Assembly (NCBI GenBank): GCA_023412715.1
Contig: JAEZCC010000010.1
Span: 9,519 to 73,518, forward strand
Reading direction: 5' to 3'
Source: Bacillota bacterium
GTDB taxonomy: Bacteria > Bacillota > Clostridia > Oscillospirales > Acutalibacteraceae
Length of the DNA stretch: 64,000 nucleotides
Positions 40,695-50,541 of this stretch are shown one piece after another. Each line of letters begins with the position of its first letter. The first letter of the stretch is position 1. A program made the position numbers and the translations under genes. Below the pieces are notes generated by a model. That model was not told the origin of the DNA and did no database searches. It was given only the letters and a program-made list of their open reading frames with translations.

Positions 40695-40747
40695 CAGTTT
40701 GGGGACCGGCGTTTGCCGTCCCCTTTTGCATAGGGAAAGGAACCGAG

Positions 40748-41542
40748 ATGGCGAGACTTTGTCCGCTTTTCAGCGGAAGCAGCGGGAACTGCTATTACAT
40801 AGGTTCGGGCGAAGAGGGGATCCTGGTAGACATCGGGCGCTCGGCCAAACAGGTTACGGCAAGGCTGGAGCAATGCAGTATTTCCACGGATGCCGTGAAG
40901 GCCGTTTTTATCACGCATGAACACGCAGACCATGTGGCGGGGCTGCGTGTTTTCGCGTCCCGGTATCATCTGCCCGTCTATGCGTCGCCCGGCACTCTTA
41001 GCGCCCTCGGCGGCATGGGGTGCCTTTCCGAAAAATTTCAATCCTCGGTGATTGAAAGCTCAGGCGTGGAATGTGCCGGGATGCGGATTGTGCCGTTCCC
41101 GCTTTCCCATGACAGCGCCGAATGCGTCGGGTACCGCATCCTCACGCAGGACGGGCGTTCCGTCGCGCTTTCCACCGATCTGGGGTATCTTTCGGAAAAA
41201 GTGCAGGCGGAGCTGACCGGCGCGGATTTTGTCGTGCTGGAGTCCAATCATGACATCGGCATGCTGGAAAACGGTCCTTATCCTTATCCGCTCAAGAAGC
41301 GCATCCTTTCCGCCATCGGGCATCTCTCCAATGCGGACTGCGCGGCGGAGCTGAGCAGGCTGGCCCGGCACGGGACCACGCGTTTTCTGCTCGCCCACCT
41401 GAGCGCCGAGAACAACACGCCGGAGCTTGCGTACCAGACGTCGCTGTGCTCTCTGAACCTGAACGGCTTCAAACAGGACAGGGATTTCCAGCTTTTTGTC
41501 GCTCCCCGCGAAAACGTGAGCGGAGCTTCCGTCTTTTTCTGA
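40748..41542 (+). CDS. walJ: MBL-fold metallohydrolase, YycJ/WalJ family
   Basis: FSGSSGN, THEHADH, SHDS, TDLG, LESNHD, GHLSN, HLSAENN. Confidence 0.85.
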   Translation: MARLCPLFSGSSGNCYYIGSGEEGILVDIGRSAKQVTARLEQCSISTDAVKAVFITHEHADHVAGLRVFASRYHLPVYASPGTLSALGGMGCLSEKFQSSVIESSGVECAGMRIVPFPLSHDSAECVGYRILTQDGRSVALSTDLGYLSEKVQAELTGADFVVLESNHDIGMLENGPYPYPLKKRILSAIGHLSNADCAAELSRLARHGTTRFLLAHLSAENNTPELAYQTSLCSLNLNGFKQDRDFQLFVAPRENVSGASVFF

Positions 41543-41570
41543 ACCATGCTCCGCGCGACCGTAATGATGC

Positions 41571-41602
41571 AAAAAAGCTCCTGCAGATGCAGGAGCTTTT
41601 TT
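41571..41602. terminator. Bidirectional intrinsic terminator
   Basis: AAAAAAGCTCCTGCA / TGCAGGAGCTTTTTT. Confidence 0.85.
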
Positions 41603-42224
41603 ATGCGAGCCGTTCTTGCTTTTGTTTTTTTATGATCTTCAGCCGCGAAAACTCTTCGCGGTCTTTTTCTTCCAGGGCGTTTGTAATGAGCCTTACATTC
41701 GCCTCGAATTTCGGAATCATAATGTTTTTCAGGGCATTGGCGCGCCTCTGTGTCTTTTTCACCGCGTCGGCCAGGCGGTAGACGCTGTTCTCGACTTCCG
41801 CCAGCTCGGCAGTCAGGCGCTTGACCTCCATAAACTTCTGGTAGGCCTGGTCGAGCAGGATGTTGGAGGAGTACAGGCCGAACGGGGCGGTGGGTGTCTT
41901 CGATTCTTCCAGGGAAACCATGGGAATCTCGACGCCCATCACGCTGCGGTACGCGACGTTCAGGCCATTTTCAATGGGCACGGTCTCGGAGAATTCTTTG
42001 CAGATGCCAAGGGAGATGTTCGCGCGCTGCAGCATGGCATAGGCTTCCGCATAGGTCTTGTCGATTTTGCCCTGGATTTTCGTAGCGCGGTCGATCAGCG
42101 ACATCATTTCACGGATGAGGATATTCCGCTTCCTGTCCAGAAGGTCGAAACCGGTGCGGGAAAGCTCGAGGGACTTTTTCGACGCAAGCAGATTTCCTTT
42201 GGTTGGAACGATCTGTTCACTCAA
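41601..42224 (-). CDS. V/A-type ATP synthase subunit D
   Basis: [29 protein letters not shown]-like C-terminus. Confidence 0.93.
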   Translation of the reverse strand: MSEQIVPTKGNLLASKKSLELSRTGFDLLDRKRNILIREMMSLIDRATKIQGKIDKTYAEAYAMLQRANISLGICKEFSETVPIENGLNVAYRSVMGVEIPMVSLEESKTPTAPFGLYSSNILLDQAYQKFMEVKRLTAELAEVENSVYRLADAVKKTQRRANALKNIMIPKFEANVRLITNALEEKDREEFSRLKIIKKQKQERLA

Positions 42225-43695
42225 TTCCGTCGCCTCCGCTTTCCGCCGGGCCTGCGCCTGCCTTTACGGAGCCGGCCTTATCGGAATTTTTCTGGGCCGC
42301 CGCTTCCGCGACGCGCTTTTTGGCGGGCTCGTAGTATTTGTCGAGCGTTTCGTTGTCCAAGCGGTCCAGAAGCTCGCGCGGCAGGGTCGTCAGCAGCTCC
42401 CAGCCGAGGTCGAGGCTCTGCTCGATGCTGCGGTTTTCCGACGCGCCCTGTGTGACGAATTTGGCTTCGAACTGCTTGCCGAATTCCAGGTATTTTTTGT
42501 CTTCCGGTGACAGCTCTTCCTCGCCGATTACGGAAGCGAGGGAACGCGCGTCCATCACCTTTGCGTACGAAGCGAACAGCTGGTTGGAGAGCGGAGCGTG
42601 GTCTTCCCGCGTGAACCCTTTGCCGATGCCGTCTTTCATCAGACGGGAAAGGGAGGGGAGGACGGAAACCGGCGGATAAGTCCCGGAGGCGTCGAGAGAG
42701 CGGTCCAGGACAATCTGTCCTTCGGTGATGTAGCCGGTCAGGTCCGGCACCGGGTGCGTCACGTCGTCATTTGGCATGGTGAGAATCGGAATCTGCGTGA
42801 CGGACCCCTGCTTGCCGCGGATCATTCCGGCGCGTTCGTAGATAGAAGCAAGGTCGGAATACAGGTAGCCCGGGAAGCCCTTCCTGCCCGGAATTTCACC
42901 TTTTGACGAGCTGAATTCACGCAGCGCCTCGGCGTATGAGGTCATGTCCGTCATGATGACGAGGATGTGCATCCCGAGCTCGAAGGCGAGGTATTCGGCG
43001 ACGGTAAGCGCGCAGCGCGGGGTGAGGATTCTTTCGATGATCGGGTCGTTCGCAAGGTTCAGGAACATGACGACCCTCTGCAGAATGCCGGAATCGTCGA
43101 AAGAGCGGCGGAAATAGTCCGCAACGTCGCTCTTAACGCCCATGGCCGCGAAGACGATGGCGAAGTTGCCGCCCTCTTCGTCGCTGATCTTTGCCTGCCT
43201 TGCAATCTGGACGGCCAGCTCGTTGTGCTTCATGCCCGAGCCGGAGAAAATGGGAAGCTTCTGCCCGCGGATCAGCGTCATGAGGATGTCGATGGTCGAG
43301 ATGCCGGTGCTGATATAGTTTTTCGGGTACAGCCGGGATACCGGGTTGATCGGAGTACCGTTGACGTTCGCCTTTTTCACGGGGAAGATATCGCCCAGTC
43401 CGTCGATCGGCCGGCCGGAGCCGTCAAACACGCGCCCCAGAATTTCAGGCGAAAGCGGCATCTCAAGCGGATGCCCCAGAAGCCTTGTGCGGGTATTGGT
43501 AAGAGAGATGCCGCGCGTCCCTTCGAACACCTGGACAACGATGCGTTTCCCATCCATCTGAACGATTCTGCCATGGCGCATGGTTCCGTCATCCAGGCGG
43601 ATGTCGACGACTTCCTCAAACGAGGCGTTTTCAATATTGTCGAGGACAATCAAAGGACCGTTGACATCTTTTACTCCAATATAATCAAGAATCAT
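42217..43695 (-). CDS. V/A-type ATP synthase subunit B
   Basis: [42 protein letters not shown]. Confidence 0.95.
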   Translation of the reverse strand: MILDYIGVKDVNGPLIVLDNIENASFEEVVDIRLDDGTMRHGRIVQMDGKRIVVQVFEGTRGISLTNTRTRLLGHPLEMPLSPEILGRVFDGSGRPIDGLGDIFPVKKANVNGTPINPVSRLYPKNYISTGISTIDILMTLIRGQKLPIFSGSGMKHNELAVQIARQAKISDEEGGNFAIVFAAMGVKSDVADYFRRSFDDSGILQRVVMFLNLANDPIIERILTPRCALTVAEYLAFELGMHILVIMTDMTSYAEALREFSSSKGEIPGRKGFPGYLYSDLASIYERAGMIRGKQGSVTQIPILTMPNDDVTHPVPDLTGYITEGQIVLDRSLDASGTYPPVSVLPSLSRLMKDGIGKGFTREDHAPLSNQLFASYAKVMDARSLASVIGEEELSPEDKKYLEFGKQFEAKFVTQGASENRSIEQSLDLGWELLTTLPRELLDRLDNETLDKYYEPAKKRVAEAAAQKNSDKAGSVKAGAGPAESGGDGIE

Positions 43696-43746
43696 GTGTG
43701 ACCGCCTTTCAAATGAATGATTTTCAAAACGGTTCTGCCGCAGCCG

Positions 43747-45507
43747 TCAGGCCGCAACGATAGCCGAGAGGGTCTGGTCGATTTCTTTGAGATAGCTGTC
43801 GAACATTTCCGGCTTGTCGTTGGGAATTTCGTTCTTCATCCTGGCGACCTTGTCGAACAGGCCGGAATGCAGGATGCCGGAAATCGGGATCCCGGCCGAA
43901 ATCAGGCTCTTTGCCTTCCCGTAAAGGTGCAGAATCGTTTTCATCATCAGTTTCTGCTTGTCAAGCGGCACATAGGTGTCCTGCGGGTGCAGGGCGTCCT
44001 GCTGCAGAAATCCCACGCGGATGACGCGCGAAATTTCAATAATCAGCTTCTGGTCGTCCGGCAGCACGTCCGACCCAATCAGCTTTACAATTTCCATCAG
44101 CTGGTTTTCCTGCTGCAGAATTTTGTTGATCTGCCTTCTGTATTTGATGAAGTCGTCGCCCTCATGCTCTGCGTACCAGGGGTCGAGGTCGGAAAAATAT
44201 TCGCTGTAGCTCTGCATCCAGTTGATGGCGGGGTAGTGCCTCGCGTAGGCGAGCGCCTTGTCCAGCGCCCAGAAGCAGCGGGTGAAACGCTTGGTGTTCT
44301 GCGTGACCGGCTCCGAAAAGTCGGAGCCCTGCGGGGAAACGGCACCGATGACGGTGACGGACCCCTCGGTCCCGTTCAGGTTTTTCACCATTCCTGCGCG
44401 CTCGTAGAATTCCGAAAGGCGGCTCGGCAGATAGGCGGGGAAGCCCTCTTCCGCGGGCATTTCTTCCAAGCGGCCTGAAATCTCACGCAGAGCTTCCGCC
44501 CAGCGGGATGTCGAGTCGGCCATCAGGGCCACGTGGTAGCCCATATCTCGGTAATATTCGCCGAGCGTGATGCCGGTGTAGATGGAGGCTTCGCGCGCGG
44601 CCACAGGCATGTTGCTGGTGTTGGCAATCAGCACAGTGCGATCCGTCATCGGGCGGCCCGATTTCGGGTCCACCAGCTTCTGGAACTCGTCCAGAACGTC
44701 GCTCATTTCGTTTCCGCGCTCGCCGCAGCCGACATAGATGATAATGTCCGCGTCACACCATTTGGCGAGCTGGTGCTGGGTCATCGTCTTTCCGGTCCCG
44801 AACCCGCCCGGAATGGCTGCGGCGCCGCCTTTCGAAATGGGGAAGAGGGTGTCAATGACGCGCTGGCCGGTAATCAGCGGGATGTTCGGTGGCCTGCGCT
44901 CCAGAACGGGGCGCGGAGTGCGGATTGGCCATCTCTGGCAGAGCGTCAGCGGATGGACCGTGCCGCGGTCGTCGGTCAGCTCCAGAACGGTGTCGTTAAC
45001 CTTGTATTTGCCGTTGGGCGCCGCCTTTGTCACAACGCCGGAAAGCGTGGGCGGCACCATGCATTTATGACGGATAATCGGGGTTTCGGGGCATTCCGCG
45101 TAGATGTCCCCGCCCTTGAGGCGGTCCCCGGTCTTTACCGTTACGGAAACGTCCCATTCGCGGTCTTCGTCGAGGGAAGGCACGCGGCTGCCGCGCGCGA
45201 TAAACGCCCCCGCCTGCTTTGCGATTTCTTTCAGCGGCCTTTGGATGCCGTCGAAAATATTGTCAAGAATCCCGGGGCCGAGCGTAACGTTCATGGGGCT
45301 GCCGGTGCCGTACACCGGCTCGCCGGGACGCAGCCCGGTCGTCTCTTCGTAAACCTGTATGGTCGTCGCTTTGTCGGAAACGCCGATTACTTCGCCCACC
45401 AGGTGTTCGTTGCCGACGAAGACCATTTCCATCATGGAAAAGCTGCGCGAGTTCCGAACGGTTACAACCGGGCCGTTAATGCCATAAATCAAATTCTCTG
45501 TGTCCAT
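43747..45507 (-). CDS. V/A-type ATP synthase subunit A (catalytic)
   Basis: GGFGTGKT, GCGERGNE, ANTSNMPVAAREAS, DSTSRWAEALRE. Confidence 0.96.
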   Translation of the reverse strand: MDTENLIYGINGPVVTVRNSRSFSMMEMVFVGNEHLVGEVIGVSDKATTIQVYEETTGLRPGEPVYGTGSPMNVTLGPGILDNIFDGIQRPLKEIAKQAGAFIARGSRVPSLDEDREWDVSVTVKTGDRLKGGDIYAECPETPIIRHKCMVPPTLSGVVTKAAPNGKYKVNDTVLELTDDRGTVHPLTLCQRWPIRTPRPVLERRPPNIPLITGQRVIDTLFPISKGGAAAIPGGFGTGKTMTQHQLAKWCDADIIIYVGCGERGNEMSDVLDEFQKLVDPKSGRPMTDRTVLIANTSNMPVAAREASIYTGITLGEYYRDMGYHVALMADSTSRWAEALREISGRLEEMPAEEGFPAYLPSRLSEFYERAGMVKNLNGTEGSVTVIGAVSPQGSDFSEPVTQNTKRFTRCFWALDKALAYARHYPAINWMQSYSEYFSDLDPWYAEHEGDDFIKYRRQINKILQQENQLMEIVKLIGSDVLPDDQKLIIEISRVIRVGFLQQDALHPQDTYVPLDKQKLMMKTILHLYGKAKSLISAGIPISGILHSGLFDKVARMKNEIPNDKPEMFDSYLKEIDQTLSAIVAA

Positions 45508-45536
45508 AACTTCATCTCCGATGCAGCAAGTCCCGG

Positions 45537-46133
45537 TCATACCACGGTCATGCCGGAATGCGATTCAAACCAGTCGCGCTGGTCTTCCAGAAGGGAATCG
45601 AGCGTTTTGTCCGCAAGAAGGCCAAGCCCGGCGTGCAGAGCGCGGAGGCCGCCGATCACGATTGTGCTGTCGGTCTCGAACTCACATTTCAGGCCGAGCG
45701 CCTTGCGGATGCTGTCTTCGTATTTTTCGTCCTCGGCCCGCAGGCGGACGACAATCCCGTCCTGCCCGAAGGTTTGTGCGAACTGGGACGCGGTTTTTTC
45801 GAGGAAGGGAAGATAACCGTCCTGTTCCGTAAATTCTTTCAGCTTCTGCGTCGCCTTTTGGAAGACTTCCGAAGCGATTTGGCTGCGCTTTTCCAGAAGC
45901 TTCCGGCGGGAGTCCATATCCCTCAGCGCCATTTCCCGCGCGATTCCGCTGCGCATGCGAGCCGTTTCTTTCTGGATCAGCTGGTAGCACTCAGTCAGAA
46001 CGTCGATCTCAGCCTCTTCCAGCTCTTTCTGCTTGTAGTCTTCGATCTCTTTCTCGATTTTCTGACGTTGTTCCTCTGCGTAATGGTTGATGGCAGTGGA
46101 AAATTTATCTTTTTTTTCTTCAAAATCAGCCAT
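45537..46133 (-). CDS. V/A-type ATP synthase subunit E
   Basis: Coiled-coil N-terminus, IGG near C-terminus, position between F and A. Confidence 0.8.
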   Translation of the reverse strand: MADFEEKKDKFSTAINHYAEEQRQKIEKEIEDYKQKELEEAEIDVLTECYQLIQKETARMRSGIAREMALRDMDSRRKLLEKRSQIASEVFQKATQKLKEFTEQDGYLPFLEKTASQFAQTFGQDGIVVRLRAEDEKYEDSIRKALGLKCEFETDSTIVIGGLRALHAGLGLLADKTLDSLLEDQRDWFESHSGMTVV

Positions 46134-46163
46134 TTCAGCACCTCTGTTCGGCTGAACCTACGC

Positions 46164-46472
46164 TCAAATTTTTACGCCGATCGCTTCACGGACATAGCGG
46201 GTGATGGTATCCTTCGTGCAGCCGTTCCCGTGCCGGTCCGGAATCTCAACAATCAGCGGGCGGCGGTTGTTCAGCTTAATATTGTACACGGCGGCAGGGC
46301 AGAGAGACAGCAGCGTTTCCGTAATCAGAACAACCGCGATGTCTTTCTGTTCCACGCAGGCCTCGAGCGCCTTCTGCACTTCGGCCGCCTCATGCACGAC
46401 GACCCCGTCGATTCCGGCCAGCCTCATGCCGACCTGCGTATCAACATTGTCGCTGATGAGATAAAATCGCAT
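46164..46472 (-). CDS. V/A-type ATP synthase subunit F
   Basis: DT.VGMRLAGI, VLITE, PLIVEIP, VREAIG. Confidence 0.9.
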   Translation of the reverse strand: MRFYLISDNVDTQVGMRLAGIDGVVVHEAAEVQKALEACVEQKDIAVVLITETLLSLCPAAVYNIKLNNRRPLIVEIPDRHGNGCTKDTITRYVREAIGVKI

Positions 46473-46493
46473 AATAACTCCCGCTTTCGCCGG

Positions 46494-46955
46494 TCAGACT
46501 TTCTGGAGCATCAGGATGGCGATCAGAAGGCCGTAGATTGCAATACCTTCGCCAAGAGCTACGAAAATCAGAGCTTTGCCGAAGACCTTCGGATCCTCGC
46601 CGGTGGCGCCGATGGCGGCAGGGGCGGAGGCAGCGACGGCGATTGCGCCGCCGATGGAGGCGATGCCGGAAGCGATGGCGATGGAAAGCATGCTCATGCC
46701 CTTGGAAGGGTCAACAGCCTGTGCAGCGGCAGCTGCGCCGGTGGCCCCTGCGGCTCCTGCGGCAGCGGCGGTCCCGGTGGAAGCCGCAAACGCAATGGAA
46801 GGAGCGGCGATCGAAAAAGCGCACACGGCGGCAAAAACCGCAATCTGGGCAATCAGAGCTTTCTTTCTGGAAGCTCCTTTTTTCACGGCGCGGTTGGCAT
46901 AAATCATAGAAACAATCAGGGCGGCAATGGGCAGAATCATAAATACGGTATTCAT
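46494..46955 (-). CDS. V/A-type ATP synthase proteolipid subunit K/c with N-terminal extension
   Basis: C-terminal hairpin ...AAIGATGEDPKVFGKALIFVALGEGIAIYG with conserved Glu. Confidence 0.9.
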   Translation of the reverse strand: MNTVFMILPIAALIVSMIYANRAVKKGASRKKALIAQIAVFAAVCAFSIAAPSIAFAASTGTAAAAGAAGATGAAAAAQAVDPSKGMSMLSIAIASGIASIGGAIAVAASAPAAIGATGEDPKVFGKALIFVALGEGIAIYGLLIAILMLQKV

Positions 46956-46994
46956 TTTTTTTCCTCCTAAAATTATGAAAGATGGGTGTGATAT

Positions 46995-48944
46995 TCAAGA
47001 TTCCTGACCGACGACGACCGGCGTGTACGGCCGGCCGGATCCGTCATAGAATCGGCTGAACATTTCATAAAAATCAAGTCTCAGGCACTGCACGCCGGAA
47101 AGCAGCCCTTCCAGCGCAATTACGAAGGCATTGCCGATCACAATGGTAAGTACGAACCCGAAGCCCGCGGACATTCCGGCGAGGCTGAAAATAACAATCA
47201 TCATGCCCGCGTGCACCAGAACAAAGGCGCCGGTACGGATAAAGCTGATGGTGTTCGTCAGGTAGCTGAGGACGAACTCGAAGACCTCAAAGAAATTCTG
47301 CATGATGAGATTGCCCCAGCTTTCGGGCTTCCAGTCCGGTTTTCCTTCCGCAAGGTCGCCGAGGACCTCGCGGAAAATCATGACGGCAAGAGGAAGCACG
47401 ATGCACAGGATGACGAACGGGGCGGTGACGATATGCAGGCTGGGTTTGAGGATCTGGCCGCCGAAGCCGAAAATCACCGAGCCGTAGAAGATAAAGCCGG
47501 CGAGCCCGTTCGGCCCGAAAAGGCCGTTCGTATACTGTTTTCTTCGCAGGCAGCAGACGATGTTGGTCAGAATCGCCGCCAGCACCAGAACAATCCCCAG
47601 GCCAATGGCGAAGAGGATGACGGTGGAGGTGGATTCCATCACGTCAACCGGTTTCTTGGCAAGCCCGAACACGTTTTTGAAAACCGGGTCCAGCGCATGC
47701 TCAAAGCCGAAGACCGAGCCGAACAGGAACCCGAATATCGAAGACGAGATCCCGCAGGGAATCATGATTTTGCCGAGGCGCAGTTTTTTCAGCTTCCACA
47801 TCAGCCAGCCTGTCAGCGCGACGCAGAGGCCCTGGCCGACGTCCGCGAACATGATTCCGAACAGCAGGGTGTACGTAAAAGCCAGAAAAGCAGTCGGATC
47901 CATTTCGGTGTAGGAAGGGACCCCGTAGACCTCCACATAAAATTCGTAGGGGCGGACCAGCGCCCTGTTTTTCAGCTTGACCGGCGGTGCGTGAAGCAGT
48001 ACCTCCGGGTCGGCCGCGTCGTCGAAGGCGTACCGTACGGTCTCCATCCGGTCCAGCCGTTTCGTGATGGACGTTTCCCGGTCGGCGGCAATCCATCCGG
48101 TCAGGATGAAGTTTTCGCCGTAGCGCGCGGCGTATCTGCGAATCCCGAAGCACGCCGACTGATAGGCAAGCCAGGCGTAAAGATTTTTGAAAGAGGATTT
48201 TTCCTTCTGCCAGTACGCGTCGATCTGCGCGTTGATGTCTTCCGTCTGCCCGACGAGCAGGCCGCGCTTCTCGCCGATTGTTTTGATGACGGATTCGACC
48301 GTGCCGCTCAGATCGTCCAGCGAAACCTGTTCGAAAAACAGGCTGGAAAACACTTTGTCGACCTCGTCGATTTTTTCGGCCGGCGCGCAGTACATGCCCC
48401 AGTAATGGGTATCGTCTTTCGTCGCGGGGAAAAAGGCGACGTACGGGTTGTGCGTATATTCGGAAAGCTGCTCGAAGCTCCCCTCGGGGATGGAGCCGAA
48501 CCGGATTTTCACGAAGCGGCATCTGCGAAGCTCGTCGAGATCGATGTCAAGCCCCGCAAAGTGGCCGACCCGTTTCATCTCCGAGTCAAGGGCCTGTATC
48601 TTCTGTTCGACCGCCTGCCTGGCCTTGATCTTTTCCGCGACGGCGGAAGCAAACGTGTCCGCATAGGCCTGAAAGTCGGCGATGGAGGGCACGGCCTTTG
48701 TGGAGGAACGGATGCCTGCGGCCTCGTCCGCCTTTCCAATCAGCCGGAGAGTGTCCGACATGGTGCCCATGGCCTTTGCGTAGGGGTCGGCGTCGTTCAC
48801 CGGGGAAAACCCGGACGTGTCGGAATAGAAGGAGAGGGCGTTGTCCGGGTGAAAGGCGCCCGATTTTCCAAGCTCAGCCGTGACGCGGTCCAGCTCGTAC
48901 ATTCTGCCGATAATGTTGAGAACCTTGATTTTAATGACTGCCAG
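46995..48944 (-). CDS. V/A-type ATP synthase subunit I/a (start uncertain, probably CTG at 48944)
   Basis: YGVPSYTEMDPT, FGIMFADVGQG, NTISFIRTGAF (essential Arg), EGL..QCLRL.FYE.FSRFY. Confidence 0.92.
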   Translation of the reverse strand: MAVIKIKVLNIIGRMYELDRVTAELGKSGAFHPDNALSFYSDTSGFSPVNDADPYAKAMGTMSDTLRLIGKADEAAGIRSSTKAVPSIADFQAYADTFASAVAEKIKARQAVEQKIQALDSEMKRVGHFAGLDIDLDELRRCRFVKIRFGSIPEGSFEQLSEYTHNPYVAFFPATKDDTHYWGMYCAPAEKIDEVDKVFSSLFFEQVSLDDLSGTVESVIKTIGEKRGLLVGQTEDINAQIDAYWQKEKSSFKNLYAWLAYQSACFGIRRYAARYGENFILTGWIAADRETSITKRLDRMETVRYAFDDAADPEVLLHAPPVKLKNRALVRPYEFYVEVYGVPSYTEMDPTAFLAFTYTLLFGIMFADVGQGLCVALTGWLMWKLKKLRLGKIMIPCGISSSIFGFLFGSVFGFEHALDPVFKNVFGLAKKPVDVMESTSTVILFAIGLGIVLVLAAILTNIVCCLRRKQYTNGLFGPNGLAGFIFYGSVIFGFGGQILKPSLHIVTAPFVILCIVLPLAVMIFREVLGDLAEGKPDWKPESWGNLIMQNFFEVFEFVLSYLTNTISFIRTGAFVLVHAGMMIVIFSLAGMSAGFGFVLTIVIGNAFVIALEGLLSGVQCLRLDFYEMFSRFYDGSGRPYTPVVVGQES

Positions 48945-50046
48945 AGGAACCACTCCTTTGCTGTGCCATGGAAGAAGAGGAAACTTCCGAGAACTGAAGA
49001 TTGTCCAGGGTCAGAAGTTTTCTGATTTCCTGCGGGGGCAGCTGATAACGGACCCCCTCGACAATGGTGATAATATTGCTGATTTCGTTTTGACAAAGAA
49101 GGATGTAAGAAATCAGTACGACGGGCGGATGTGTGGAATAGTCCATGTAATGGCGGCAGAGCACGTAGTTGATACGCGCGGGGATTTCGTCGAGGTAGGA
49201 ATGCCTGATTTTCAGGGACTGCCGGCCTATCCTGGTCTGGGAGAGCACGGCGTTGATTTCGTCCTCCGTTTTTGCCTTTACAAGCGCGTCCGTTTCCTCT
49301 TTGCTGAAAGAGCCCGTGGGCAGAAGCGATTTGCGGACGGTTTCGTCGTCGGCGCCGTAGGTTAGCCTGAGGCGGAAGACGCGGACGTAATTGTTCAGGT
49401 CGACGTACGCCTCAAAAATCTTGAGAAGCTGTTTTTTGGTGTCGCCGCGGAAATGCCGGCGGATGATGCCGAGAATGTCCGAGTAGACGAAAAAATAGAG
49501 CGCGTTCTCGACGCCGGTGTAATCGATGCGCCCGCCGTTTTCAGGCGCAAACGGTTCCAGAATTTTACGGTACGAAGAGCCGGCAAGAAGCTTCAAAAGC
49601 CCGCCGAAGTCGCTTACCTGCAGGCATGCCTTCAGATTCAGCGAGGAATAGTGGTGCAGGTACGAGGGAATCGTGTCGGGGGAGGTCTCGGCCTCGCCGG
49701 CGTTCAGGCGGAGGATCGCATGCAGAATGCACCGCACCTCGTCGCACTGGATGAAGTAACGGGAAAAATACTTATCGGTCCCGGCCTCGTATTTGCAAAG
49801 GGAAGTGTATTCTTCCATCAGCTTCTGCTTCAGGACGGCTTCCAGCTGCCCTCTGTGCACGTCGCTTTCCACAATTCCGGCCAGCGCCTTGCCGTAGACC
49901 GTGTGATTTTTCAGGTATCCGGCGACTTCACCGACCGTGCGGGACTTTAAAAGCTCTTTGTAGTCGGCCGCCGTCAGGCGTTTTCCATACATCGTGCGGG
50001 CCTTTGCCAGAACAACGTTGGAAGACAGGGAATTCAGCATTTCCAT
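48931..50046 (-). CDS. V/A-type ATP synthase subunit C
   Basis: AKARTMYGKRL, HRGQLE, EISNIITIVEGVRY. Confidence 0.85.
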   Translation of the reverse strand: MEMLNSLSSNVVLAKARTMYGKRLTAADYKELLKSRTVGEVAGYLKNHTVYGKALAGIVESDVHRGQLEAVLKQKLMEEYTSLCKYEAGTDKYFSRYFIQCDEVRCILHAILRLNAGEAETSPDTIPSYLHHYSSLNLKACLQVSDFGGLLKLLAGSSYRKILEPFAPENGGRIDYTGVENALYFFVYSDILGIIRRHFRGDTKKQLLKIFEAYVDLNNYVRVFRLRLTYGADDETVRKSLLPTGSFSKEETDALVKAKTEDEINAVLSQTRIGRQSLKIRHSYLDEIPARINYVLCRHYMDYSTHPPVVLISYILLCQNEISNIITIVEGVRYQLPPQEIRKLLTLDNLQFSEVSSSSMAQQRSGSSGSH

Positions 50047-50357
50047 CAAGCCCCCAGAACTCTTTGCACAATTTCAGAGACCCACTGATCCCCCTTTTCG
50101 CGGTAGAGATCGTCCAGCTTTTTTGAAATTTCGAGATTCTTTTTATTTTTTTCCTGCCATTCGGCCTCGGCCGCGGCGCGTTCCTTCGGCTCGTTCTCCG
50201 CAATCTTCTTGCGGGCCTGCTCCAGGTAGTCGTTCCGGATCTGTTCGCGCTTTCTGACGACTTCTTTTTCGGAATCTACCTTTTCCTTCTGCGCAGAATC
50301 CGTTATCTCACGGGCCTGCCGGTCCAGTTCAACGATTTGTTTCATCAGGTCCTGCAT
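50046..50357 (-). CDS. V/A-type ATPase subunit G/H-like coiled-coil protein
   Basis: Charged helical ~103 aa, first gene of the operon, TGATG overlap with subunit C; SD GGAGGTG. Confidence 0.7.
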   Translation of the reverse strand: MQDLMKQIVELDRQAREITDSAQKEKVDSEKEVVRKREQIRNDYLEQARKKIAENEPKERAAAEAEWQEKNKKNLEISKKLDDLYREKGDQWVSEIVQRVLGA

Positions 50358-50388
50358 GACAGACACCTCCAATTTAGCCTAAATAAAT

Positions 50389-50417
50389 AGTATAGTTCAC
50401 TGCCGGGATTTTTTCAA
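50389..50417 (-). promoter_or_regulatory. sigma-A promoter of the V-ATPase operon
   Basis: TTGAAA-N17-TATACT on minus strand. Confidence 0.65.
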
Positions 50418-50541
50418 TATAATATTTTGTCCGGCGAATGGAAATGGATGTTTCACGGATATTTTGCGCTGCGGATTTCAAAAGATGAATCGGCGGCCCG
50501 CAGTTTTAAAATGTTTTGCCGTAAGAAACGGGGGGAATTCC

